The notes beneath the pieces were generated by a model that made no database searches, was not told the origin of the DNA, and worked only from the letters and a program-made list of their open reading frames with translations. A stretch of 24,713 bases of DNA from Gemmatimonadaceae bacterium (GTDB lineage: Bacteria; Gemmatimonadota; Gemmatimonadetes; Gemmatimonadales; Gemmatimonadaceae): positions 1 to 24,713 of the forward strand of contig JAICUE010000001.1 of assembly GCA_025936015.1 (NCBI GenBank). Direction: 5' to 3'. Of the stretch, positions 16,998-24,713 are shown one piece after another. A program made the position numbers and the translations under genes. Numbering within the stretch: the first letter of the stretch is position 1; the number at the start of each line of letters is the position of its first letter.

Positions 16998-18551
16998 TCA
17001 CTCGGTCGCGGCCAGCTCGAGCAGGTCGTAGATCTCCGACAGCTCGTCGGGCGACGGCGTGCGCGCCGCGCCGCGCACTTGGCTGCCGAGGGCGCGGGCG
17101 CGGTCGAGCGCGGCGCGCCCGCGGAACAGCAGGCTCTCGATCGGGACGAGCTGCTCGTCGACGATCGGCACCGCCGCGCTCAATGGGCGCTGGGTGAGCC
17201 GCGCGCCTAACGCGCTGATCCCGGTGTCGAGCAGGGCGGCGAGGTCGCGCCCGGTCGGGGTCCGGGTCGATCGCCGGACGTTAGGCAGCATCGGGCTCGG
17301 CGCCGGCGCGGCGTGGGGCGCCATTGCCGGCGCCGGCGCCGCCACGCTCGACGGCGCGCCGCGGAGGCCGGCCAGCTGCTGGGCGAGCTGGTCGCTCCGC
17401 GAATTGGGATCGGCCAGCAACGCCGACACCTGGCGCATCGCGCCTAACGCGCTGGGCTCGAGCGCGGCGACCGCCGGCGCCATCCGGGCGATCCAGGCCG
17501 AGACGTCGCGCTCGCCGAAGCTGTCGGCGGCCGCGCCTAACGCGCGGAGGGCGCCGCGCAGCTCGCGCGACAGCCGGTCGCGCCCGGCGATGTCCGCCGC
17601 GACCTGCGCTTCGCTCACCAGCCGCAGCAGGTGCTCGGCCTGGCTCACCGCCTCGAGCCGGAAGCGCTGGCTCGGCGTCGTCGGCGGATTCGGCGCCGTG
17701 TCGACGAGGTGCGGGCCGTTGTCCGCGTAGAAGAGGTCGGCGATCGGGACGATCGGCGCGCTCTCGGCGGTCGCCTCGTCGAGGGCGGCCGCGGCCGCGG
17801 TGAAGCGCTGCACCTCGGGGGACGCGGGGTCGGGACGGCCAATGCTCCGCAGCTCGATCGCCGCCCGGCGCAGCAGGGTGCTCGCCGCCTGGAAGAGCGC
17901 GAGCTGCTGCGGCGTCGGCACCGGATTCGACGTCAGCTCGAGCGGCTTGCCCGCGCGGTCGAGCGCGTCGACGACGTCGGCGAGCGGCGGCAGGTCGCGC
18001 GTCGCCGCGACACCGCGCAGGCCGCGCACTCGCGCGAGCAGGCCGCCGAGCAGCGCCGAGTCGCCGGGATGCGCGAGAAACTGGTCGAGGGAGACGGCGA
18101 TCTCGGCCGCTTCGTTCGCGAGGAACGCGCTCCCACCGGCCGCCGCCGACGGAGTGTTGCTCCGCGCGAGCTGCGGCGCGTAGCGCGCGAGCTCGGAGCT
18201 GCGCGCCTGCGCGCGCTGATCTTCACTCGGCCCCCACGCGCGGACGCCGTGCACGAGCACCTTGAGATCGTCGACCGCGGAGGTGAGCGCGGATCGCAGA
18301 CCCGGCTCCCAGAGCAGCGTCCCCTCGCGGAGCGCGCGTCCCACTCGCTCGATCCCGGCCGCGACTTCGGCGACACCGGGGAGCTTCGTCATCGTCGCGC
18401 TGCCGCGCAGCATCCGCGCGCCGCGGGCGAGCGCTTCACCGTCGGCGCCGCTGTTGCCCGCGGCATTGAGTACTCCATCGAGCTGCTCGATGTAGTCGCT
18501 CGCCTGGAGCACGAAGAGCTCGACGACGCCGGTCGGATTCGGGCTGGTCAT
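16998..18551 (-). CDS. Helical protein with three Hpt/CheA-P1-like modules lacking the phospho-acceptor His
   Basis: F..EA-type starts at residues 13, 143 and 297, with cores ARMLRGSA, VRGLRGVA and LRALGAAA against the Hpt consensus HxLKGxA. Confidence 0.7.
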   Translation of the reverse strand: MTSPNPTGVVELFVLQASDYIEQLDGVLNAAGNSGADGEALARGARMLRGSATMTKLPGVAEVAAGIERVGRALREGTLLWEPGLRSALTSAVDDLKVLVHGVRAWGPSEDQRAQARSSELARYAPQLARSNTPSAAAGGSAFLANEAAEIAVSLDQFLAHPGDSALLGGLLARVRGLRGVAATRDLPPLADVVDALDRAGKPLELTSNPVPTPQQLALFQAASTLLRRAAIELRSIGRPDPASPEVQRFTAAAAALDEATAESAPIVPIADLFYADNGPHLVDTAPNPPTTPSQRFRLEAVSQAEHLLRLVSEAQVAADIAGRDRLSRELRGALRALGAAADSFGERDVSAWIARMAPAVAALEPSALGAMRQVSALLADPNSRSDQLAQQLAGLRGAPSSVAAPAPAMAPHAAPAPSPMLPNVRRSTRTPTGRDLAALLDTGISALGARLTQRPLSAAVPIVDEQLVPIESLLFRGRAALDRARALGSQVRGAARTPSPDELSEIYDLLELAATE

Positions 18552-18559
18552 TGCGCGGG

Positions 18560-18588
18560 AAATTAGGTGCGTGCGTTGCCGCTGTCGA
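18560..18588 (-). promoter_or_regulatory. Sigma70-type promoter of the Hpt-like gene, near-leaderless
   Basis: TCGACA(18588-18583)-N17-TAATTT(18565-18560); the ATG lies 8 nt downstream, with no SD. Confidence 0.6.
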
Positions 18589-18606
18589 GTGTCGAATCGG
18601 GAGCGT

Positions 18607-19365
18607 TCAACGACTCGCTCGCGCGGCGTCCATGGCTGCTCGCATCTCGCGCACCGCTGCGTCGAGGCCGACGAACACCGCGCGACTGATGATGGAGTGT
18701 CCGATGTTCAGCTCCTCGATCTCGGGAATCGCCGCGACTGGCGCGACGTTGCGGATCGTCAGCCCGTGGCCAGCGTGGACCGCGAGACCGAGCGATGCGC
18801 CGAGCGTCGAAGCGGTTCGGAGCGCAGCGAGCGTTGCCGGGGATTTCGGGGCGTGCGAGTAAGCACCGGTGTGCAGCTCGATCGCGTCGACGCCGAGCTC
18901 GCGCGACTGCCTGACGGCGGCATCGTCGGGCGCAATGAAGAGCGAGGTCCTGATCCCGGCGTCGCGCATCTTCGCGAGTGCCGGCGCGAGGCGCTTCGCT
19001 TCCCGGACGACGTCGAGTCCTCCTTCGGTGGTCACTTCCTCACGGCGCTCGGGGACGAGCGTCACCTGATACGGCTTGAGCCGGAGCGCGGTCGCGACCA
19101 TCTCGTCGGTGCATCCCATCTCGAGATTCAGCAGCGTGGTCACCGCGCCCGCGATGCGTTCGACGTCGTCGTCCTGGATATGGCGGCGGTCTTCGCGGAG
19201 GTGCGCGGTGATGCCGTCGGCGCCGGCGCGTTCGCAGACGAGCGCCGCCTCGAGCGGGTCGGGCTCGTCGGTGCGGCGGGCTTGGCGGATCGTCGCGACA
19301 TGATCAATGTTGATGTACAGTCGCTGCCGCGCCGCAGCGGATGAGTTCGGACGGGTTGCGGCCAT
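18607..19365 (-). CDS. pdxJ: Pyridoxine 5'-phosphate synthase
   Basis: [63 protein letters not shown]. Start is 19365 or 19401. Confidence 0.97.
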   Translation of the reverse strand: MAATRPNSSAAARQRLYINIDHVATIRQARRTDEPDPLEAALVCERAGADGITAHLREDRRHIQDDDVERIAGAVTTLLNLEMGCTDEMVATALRLKPYQVTLVPERREEVTTEGGLDVVREAKRLAPALAKMRDAGIRTSLFIAPDDAAVRQSRELGVDAIELHTGAYSHAPKSPATLAALRTASTLGASLGLAVHAGHGLTIRNVAPVAAIPEIEELNIGHSIISRAVFVGLDAAVREMRAAMDAARASR

Positions 19366-19425
19366 GGCTGATGCGTCGTCGTCAGGTGTTGGCAAGCTCA
19401 TACTCCTCTACAGTCGGAGATCGTC

Positions 19426-19899
19426 GTGCATCGTTCTGCCGCTCTCATCGTCGCCGCGCTCGCCGTAGTGTCCTGTCATAACGCTCCGCGCGGCGGCCTC
19501 GACCAGCCGGGCGCCGCCACCCCGCAGCTGGCGGTGAAGAATTTTCTCGCCGCGGCGAAGGCGCAGAACCTCCAGTCGCTGGCGACGGCGTGGGGTACCG
19601 ACAAGGGTCCGGCGCGCGACGTCGTCGACAAGTCGCAGATCGAGAAGCGCGAGCTGATCATGATGTGCTACCTGAATCATGACAGCTATCGCGTCCGGAG
19701 CGAAGGCCCCGGGGAGGAAGGACGCCGCACCTTCACCGTCGACCTGAACCGCGGCGGACTGGTTCGCACGACGACGATGACGACGGTCGCCGGCCCCGCA
19801 CAGCGTTATTACGTCGAGCAGGTTGCCCTCGAGCCGCTCACCGATCTCTGCGCCGGCGGCGTCACGAGCTCGAGCCCGATCCCCCGCCCACCGCGCTGA
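19426..19899 (+). CDS. Predicted lipoprotein of unknown function (possibly NTF2-like)
   Basis: GGAG SD before GTG, lipobox VVSC, and an alpha/beta pattern TPQLAVKNFLAA...FTVDL...YYVEQV. Confidence 0.8.
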   Translation: MHRSAALIVAALAVVSCHNAPRGGLDQPGAATPQLAVKNFLAAAKAQNLQSLATAWGTDKGPARDVVDKSQIEKRELIMMCYLNHDSYRVRSEGPGEEGRRTFTVDLNRGGLVRTTTMTTVAGPAQRYYVEQVALEPLTDLCAGGVTSSSPIPRPPR

Positions 19900-19931
19900 A
19901 AAAAGCCGGCGCGGAACGGAACCGCCGCGCC
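19899..19931 (-). terminator. Intrinsic terminator after mce (between convergent genes)
   Basis: GGCGCGG 19908-19914 / CCGCGCC 19925-19931, followed by GGC and T6 on the minus strand. Confidence 0.6.
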
Positions 19932-19941
19932 CCTCTTCGCA

Positions 19942-20367
19942 TTAGTGGTCAGACAGCTCCACAAGGACACCGCCGGTGGCGGCCGGGTGGAGGAATGCGA
20001 TACGTTTCCCTTCGGCGCCAAGACGTGGCTTTTCGTCGATGAGACGAATCCCGGCGCGGCGGCAGCGCTCGAGTGCGGCATCGAGGTCGTCCACGGCGAA
20101 ACAGACGTGGTGGATTCCCGGTCCGCGCTTCGCGACGAACTTCCCGATCGGCGAGTCCGGTCGTTCTGCCTCGAGCAGCTCGACCAGCGATTCACCGGCG
20201 GCGAATCCGGCAATGCTCGCTCCGTCGGAGTCGTCGAGCGGGACCTCGGGTAGGCCGAGGACATCGCGATAGAAGGAACGCAGCGAGTCGAGCGATTCGA
20301 CGGCGATCCCGATGTGGGCGATGCGCGTTCCGCGAGCGGGCGCGACGACGGGTGGCGTATTCGGCAT
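19942..20367 (-). CDS. mce: Methylmalonyl-CoA epimerase (VOC family)
   Basis: IAHIGIAV, VELLEA..PDSPIGKF..KRGPGIHHVCFAV, GAEGKRIAFLHP..TGGVLVEL. Confidence 0.9.
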   Translation of the reverse strand: MPNTPPVVAPARGTRIAHIGIAVESLDSLRSFYRDVLGLPEVPLDDSDGASIAGFAAGESLVELLEAERPDSPIGKFVAKRGPGIHHVCFAVDDLDAALERCRRAGIRLIDEKPRLGAEGKRIAFLHPAATGGVLVELSDH

Positions 20368-20446
20368 GAGCTTCGCTCCGATGCAGGCTGTTGGGGCGCT
20401 GACAACATAATCGGCTCGCTGCGGGCGAGCGGAGGAAACACGAACG

Positions 20447-20773
20447 ATGTCGCAAGCGACGCAGGTGACCGACGCGAACTTCGAGACCGAAGTCGAGAAG
20501 CAGGACGGGCTCGTCGTGGTGGATTTCTGGGCGACCTGGTGCGGGCCGTGCCGCCAGATCGCTCCCTCGCTCGATCAGCTCGCGCAGGAGTACTCGGGAA
20601 AGGTGAAGGTCGCGAAGCTGGACGTCGACGCGAACAGCAAGTCGGCCGCGCGCTTCAACGTTCGCTCGATCCCGATGCTGCTGTTCTTCAAGGACGGCAA
20701 GGTGGTCGACCAGATCATCGGCGCGCATCCGAAGGCGAGCATCGAGGCGAAGTTCAAGCAGCACGCCGCCTGA
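20447..20773 (+). CDS. trxA: Thioredoxin
   Basis: VDFWATWCGPCR, VRSIPMLLFFKDG; GGAGG SD. Confidence 0.97.
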   Translation: MSQATQVTDANFETEVEKQDGLVVVDFWATWCGPCRQIAPSLDQLAQEYSGKVKVAKLDVDANSKSAARFNVRSIPMLLFFKDGKVVDQIIGAHPKASIEAKFKQHAA

Positions 20774-20900
20774 TCGCGACAAACATTTGACGGGTCGCGA
20801 GGGGCGCAAACTATTGCGATAGCTCGTGATCGGTCACATTTTGCAAGGCCCGGAGCAGCGTGCGAGCTCCGGGCCTTTTCGTTGCACCCTGCCCAACCGA

Positions 20901-21872
20901 ATGCCTCAAGCCCTCGCCGGTCTGCGGTTCCCGCACGAGCGCATCCTCCTGCCGCGGACCAAGCTCGCTTACGTACATCTCCGCAACCTGCTCACCGACG
21001 CCAAGCGCGAACGGGCAGCGCGCGTGTATGGCTACGTCGCGATCTGGCTGCCCGAGGAGCTGGTGCTCCTGTACCTCCAGGAAGGAGAGCTCGTCAACGC
21101 GACGACGCTGAGCCCCGCGGGGGCCACGGTCGTCCCCATCGCCGACGCGCTCGACAAGGTGCCCCCCGAGCCGGAGTACGGGGAGATCTGCTTCCACGAA
21201 GCCGACGACGAGCAGCTCGCGTGCATGCACTACGCGCACGTCGTCGGCGAGGAACCGTGGCCCGACGAGCTCAACCCGCTCGACCCGCACGCGCTCTTTC
21301 CCTACCTGCTGGCGACCACCTTCGACGGGACCCTCGAAGTCACCCTCGACGGTAACATCAACTACCTGATCGTCCGCGACGGAATGGTCGAGCGCGCCTT
21401 CCTCTCGAGCGTTCACTTCGGTGAGCTCGATGAGAAGATCGAGGCGATCTTTCGCCCCGATGGCCGCGCGTCGCGCATGGGCGTCAGGCGCTTTCCCGTT
21501 CCGCCGCCGGTGCCGAGCCAGGCACCGCCGGCGCTCATCCACGCCTACCGCGAGCTGGTCAACGGTCTCGTGCGCGAGCTCATCGGACAGGGGAAGGACA
21601 GTGCGCCGGTCATCGCCGAGCTCGCGCGCCAATCGCTCGCATCGACGCACGCGCCGCTGCACTCCTTCACCGCGATGGATCGGCTGGTCCACGACCCGGT
21701 CGCCGGCGTCGACGAGCTCACCGACGCGGTCGCCGCGTGGATCACCGAAGTCCTCTGGGCCGCCGCCGACACCGACGGCGGGCCGGAAGCGATCCTGCAC
21801 AAGCTCACCCACGAGCGCCGGCACATGTTCCAGAGCGCCGGGCTGTTCGAGCGCCTCCCCTGGCAGATGTGA
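20901..21872 (+). CDS. Hypothetical protein, possibly two DUF4388/PatA_N-like modules
   Basis: Segments LVLLYLQEGELVNA and FDGTLEVTLDGNINYLIVRDGMVERA. The start is ATG 20901 or GTG 20826. Confidence 0.7.
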   Translation: MPQALAGLRFPHERILLPRTKLAYVHLRNLLTDAKRERAARVYGYVAIWLPEELVLLYLQEGELVNATTLSPAGATVVPIADALDKVPPEPEYGEICFHEADDEQLACMHYAHVVGEEPWPDELNPLDPHALFPYLLATTFDGTLEVTLDGNINYLIVRDGMVERAFLSSVHFGELDEKIEAIFRPDGRASRMGVRRFPVPPPVPSQAPPALIHAYRELVNGLVRELIGQGKDSAPVIAELARQSLASTHAPLHSFTAMDRLVHDPVAGVDELTDAVAAWITEVLWAAADTDGGPEAILHKLTHERRHMFQSAGLFERLPWQM

Positions 21873-22708
21873 CCGACTCGGGCGGCGAGCGTGGCGCGCT
21901 CTACGTCGTGAGCACGCCGATCGGAAATCTCGCCGACATGACGCTGCGCGGGCTCGACACGCTGCGCACGGTTTCGGTGGTGCTGGCCGAGGACACGCGG
22001 CACTCGCGCAAGCTCCTCGAGCACTTCGAGATCACGACGCCCCTCGTTGCGCATCACGAGCACAACGAAGCGAAGACGACGCCCGCCCTCGTCGCGCGGA
22101 TGGAGCAGGGCGAGTCGATGGCGATCATCACCGACGCCGGAACGCCGCTCGTCTCGGATCCCGGCGCGCGTCTCGTCGCTGCCGCGATCGCGGCGGGGGT
22201 TCGCGTCATCCCGATCCCCGGGGCGTCGGCGGTGCTGGCGGCGCTCGTCGCGGCCGGTCTCCCGGCGCATCGCTTCACCTTCTTCGGCTTTCTCGAACGG
22301 AAGGGCAGGGAGCGCGAGCAGGCGATCCTGACGATTCGCGGACTTGGCCACGCCGCGGTCGTCTACGAATCTCCGAATCGTCTCGCCGACACGCTCGCCG
22401 ACTTGCGCGACGGCGGACTCGGCGCTCGGCGCGCGGCCGTCGCCCGCGAGCTGACCAAGCAGTTCGAGGAAGTCCGCCGGGGAACGGTGGAGGAGCTCGC
22501 GCGGTACTACGCGGATGCATCGGCCCGTGGAGAGATCGTGATCGTGATCGAGGGCACGGCGTACGAGGCGCCGAGCGAGGACGCACTCCGCGAGCGCGCG
22601 CGCGCGCTGCGTGCGACCGGCGCATCGGCGCGCGACGTCGTCAGCGCATTGACGGAGGAGCTCGGCGCGCCGCGCAACGTCGCGTACCGGCTCGCGCACG
22701 AGCCGTGA
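21869..22708 (+). CDS. rsmI: 16S rRNA C1402 2'-O-methyltransferase RsmI
   Basis: GTG 21869 overlaps the upstream TGA; LYVVSTPIGNLAD, AEDTRHS, TDAGTPLVSDPG, YESPNRL, ARELTKQFEE, RGEIVIV. Confidence 0.96.
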   Translation: MTDSGGERGALYVVSTPIGNLADMTLRGLDTLRTVSVVLAEDTRHSRKLLEHFEITTPLVAHHEHNEAKTTPALVARMEQGESMAIITDAGTPLVSDPGARLVAAAIAAGVRVIPIPGASAVLAALVAAGLPAHRFTFFGFLERKGREREQAILTIRGLGHAAVVYESPNRLADTLADLRDGGLGARRAAVARELTKQFEEVRRGTVEELARYYADASARGEIVIVIEGTAYEAPSEDALRERARALRATGASARDVVSALTEELGAPRNVAYRLAHEP

Positions 22709-23424
22709 TCCGCCGCGCGATAGCGTTAGGCCTGACGTGGTGCGCGCTGTCGGCGGTCGCGCCGGTGCCGGCGCACCGGGCGAGCGGTATCGCGCGACCG
22801 GAGCTGACGATCGCCCGGCTGCAGTACGATGGTGGCGGCGACTGGTATGCAAACCCATCGAGCCTGCCGAACCTGCTCGCGGCGATCGCCGACCGAACGA
22901 CGCTCCACGTCGCGAAGGAAGAGGCACGCGTGACCCCGCTCGACGCGCGGCTCGCCGATTTCCCGTTCATCCACGCCACCGGACACGGCACGATCCGCTT
23001 CTCCGACGAGGAGGCCGCCCGGATGCGCGAGTACCTGCTCGGTGGCGGCTTCCTCCATGTGGACGACAACTACGGGCTCGATGCGAGCTTCCGCGAGGCG
23101 GTGAAGAAGATCTTTCCGGACCGCCAGCTCGTGGACGTGCCGCTCTCGCATCCGATCTATCACATCGTCTACGACATGCCTAACGGCATCCCGAAGATCC
23201 ACGAGCATGATGGAAAGCCGGCGCGTGGGTTGGGGATCTTCGTCGGCGACCGGCTGGTGCTGTACTACAGCTACGAGAGCGACCTGGGAAACGGCTGGGA
23301 GGATCCGGCGACGTACGGCGATCCCCCGGCGCTCCACGAGGCGGCGCTGCGGATGGGCGTGAACCTTTTCGTCTACGCGGTGACCAGCAGCGCGAACGGC
23401 ACGAAGCCGGTGGCCGAGCGGTGA
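22705..23424 (+). CDS. Secreted DUF4159-domain protein
   Basis: GTG 22705 (GTGA overlap); signal peptide, then IARLQYDGGGDWYANP, YLLGGGFLHVDDNYG, DLGNGWED, ALRMGVN. Confidence 0.88.
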   Translation: MIRRAIALGLTWCALSAVAPVPAHRASGIARPELTIARLQYDGGGDWYANPSSLPNLLAAIADRTTLHVAKEEARVTPLDARLADFPFIHATGHGTIRFSDEEAARMREYLLGGGFLHVDDNYGLDASFREAVKKIFPDRQLVDVPLSHPIYHIVYDMPNGIPKIHEHDGKPARGLGIFVGDRLVLYYSYESDLGNGWEDPATYGDPPALHEAALRMGVNLFVYAVTSSANGTKPVAER

Positions 23425-23431
23425 GGGTGCG

Positions 23432-24713
23432 GTGACGGCGGAGCGCATCGTCGCCGCCGAGCGGGCGCACGAGCTGCGTACCGGCGCGAGCGTGGCCGCT
23501 GCGTGGTGCGCGGCGTTCGTGCTCGGCGGGCTCGCCGTCGCGGCGCTGGCGCTCGGCGGCGGCCGCTGGATCAGCGCGCCGCGCTGGCTCCCGCTGGCGA
23601 TCGCCCTCGCGCTGCTCGCTGGCGCGGTCGTGCTGCTCGTGCGCGGCCTCCGCGCGACGCGCGAGCAGGTGCAGCTCGAGCGCGTGGCGACCCGCGTCGA
23701 GCGGGCGCGCGCGCTCCGCAGCGGGTCGCTCGTTGCGGCGATGCAGCTCGGCCGTCGCGGGGAGCTCGCAGCTGCCGGCATCGCCGCGCTCGACGCGAGG
23801 CTGGCGACATCGCCGGCCGTCAGGCAGTCACCGCTTTCGTCAGTTGCGGGCGGCTACAGCGCGCGTCGCATCGTTCGCCCCATCGTCGCGCTTTTCCTCG
23901 CGGCGGTCGCACTCGCCGCCGCGGCGCCGTCCCGCCGCGACGGGATCGGCGCGGTGCTGCGGCCGATCGGAGCGTGGCGCGGCGACCTGCTTCCTGCACT
24001 CTCGCTCGCCGGCGCACCGGCAGCCGTCAGGCGCGGCACGAGCTTCAATGCGACCGTCGTCGCGGCCGGCCGGCGACAAGTCACCCTGCGCGAGCGGCAG
24101 ACGGGAACGGCCTGGCGCGAGCGGACGGTCGCTCTCGATGGAAACGGCCGCGCGGCCGTTCGAATCGGGCCGGTGAATGGTGACGCGGCGCTCGTCGTGA
24201 GCGACGGGCGCAGTTCGTCCCTCGAGTCACGCGTGAGGGCCGTAGACCGCGCCTACCTCGGCGCGGCGGCGATCACCGTGACCGCGCCCGGTTATCTCGG
24301 CGGCCACGTCGAGCATGTTGCGCCGGGCGTTCCAATGCGCGTTCCGCGCGGCGCGCGTATCGCCGTCAGCGCGGAAGCGACGGTCGAGCTGCGCGAGGCA
24401 CGGCTCGTCTCGCCGGGCGATTCCATCGCGCTCGAAGTGAAGGCACAGCGCGCTTCCGGCCGATTCATCGCCAACCGCGATGCACGCTGGGATTGGCGCG
24501 CCATCGCGTCGTCAGGCGACACCCTCGACACTCCGCCGTCGCTCGACGTCTCGGTCGTCGCAGACTCGGCGCCGACGATCGCCATCGTGCTGCCCTCCGC
24601 TGACACTCTCGTCGCGACCGAAGCGAGCGTCACACTTCGCCTCATCGCCGGCGACGATCACGGACTGGCGACGGTGCGCCTCGACCTCGCGCCCGACGCC
24701 GGCCCGCGTGCGT
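23432..24713 (+). CDS. Partial large membrane-anchored protein, DUF4175-like; not in the ORF track
   Basis: GTG 23432 after GAGGG; frame open to the window edge (427 codons): MTAERIVAAERAHEL..., hydrophobic helices, then Ig-like beta segments ending DSAPTIAIVLP...IAGDDHGL. It follows DUF4159. Confidence 0.8.
   Translation, partial: MTAERIVAAERAHELRTGASVAAAWCAAFVLGGLAVAALALGGGRWISAPRWLPLAIALALLAGAVVLLVRGLRATREQVQLERVATRVERARALRSGSLVAAMQLGRRGELAAAGIAALDARLATSPAVRQSPLSSVAGGYSARRIVRPIVALFLAAVALAAAAPSRRDGIGAVLRPIGAWRGDLLPALSLAGAPAAVRRGTSFNATVVAAGRRQVTLRERQTGTAWRERTVALDGNGRAAVRIGPVNGDAALVVSDGRSSSLESRVRAVDRAYLGAAAITVTAPGYLGGHVEHVAPGVPMRVPRGARIAVSAEATVELREARLVSPGDSIALEVKAQRASGRFIANRDARWDWRAIASSGDTLDTPPSLDVSVVADSAPTIAIVLPSADTLVATEASVTLRLIAGDDHGLATVRLDLAPDAGPRA

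Larger units (their letters stand above)
616..23185. repeat. Dispersed octamer CGTTAGGC/GCCTAACG, 22 copies
   Basis: CGTTAGGC on + starts at 616, 4421, 7375, 10146, 12261, 17279, 22724. GCCTAACG on + starts at 6986, 7559, 8434, 8950, 10287, 11506, 11818, 12682, 15545, 15969, 16757, 17205, 17442, 17535, 23178. Counted manually. Confidence 0.92.

Noticed and set aside
21421-22704. N-terminal extension making DUF4159 a 667-aa protein
   Set aside because: It overlaps two real genes in another frame and is low-complexity. GTG 22705 gives a signal peptide and a GTGA overlap.
6986-22731. bldA-like TTA-codon regulation as the explanation for the TTA codons
   Set aside because: The same octamer also occurs as Pro-Asn, across a stop codon and between genes, and TTA never appears outside it. 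The signal is therefore the DNA sequence, not the codon.
1067-23604. At least 11 copies of GCGATCGC (cyanobacterial HIP1)
   Set aside because: These can arise from preferred codons such as GCG ATC GCx (Ala-Ile-Ala) and need no rare codon. A codon-preserving shuffle would be needed before claiming an excess.
1-24713. CRISPR array, IS/transposase, prophage or defence island
   Set aside because: I saw no regularly spaced direct repeats, terminal inverted repeats with a transposase, integrase or phage-like proteins. The octamer copies are irregularly spaced and mostly intragenic.

Overview
High-GC window that is mostly conserved housekeeping sequence. Gene content and synteny suggest a Gemmatimonadota-like bacterium (inference, not a database result). 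The minus strand carries pdxJ, a triple Hpt-like protein, a UPF0104/LPG-synthase-TM protein, ispE, tRNA-Gln(UUG), prs, rplY, pth, ychF, a Zn-ribbon membrane protein, an M50 protease, rpsF-rpsR-DUF2232-rplI, rsfS, a peptidase/PD40/Omp85 fusion, a SPOR lipoprotein, a partial gene at the left edge, and mce. The plus strand carries a STAS/SEC14-like gene, a lipoprotein, trxA, a DUF4388-like protein, rsmI, DUF4159 and a partial DUF4175-like gene. I saw no mobile element or CRISPR array. The main signal is a non-palindromic octamer, CGTTAGGC/GCCTAACG, which I counted 22 times by eye against about 0.9 expected at an assumed ~70% GC. It sits inside coding sequence in three different readings, uses otherwise absent TTA codons, and resembles a DNA-uptake or chromosome-marking sequence. 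Also noted: an S6:S18-type leader, three promoters placed for leaderless translation, and several apparently catalytically degenerate signalling folds. Domain names come from motif recognition only; no searches were run.
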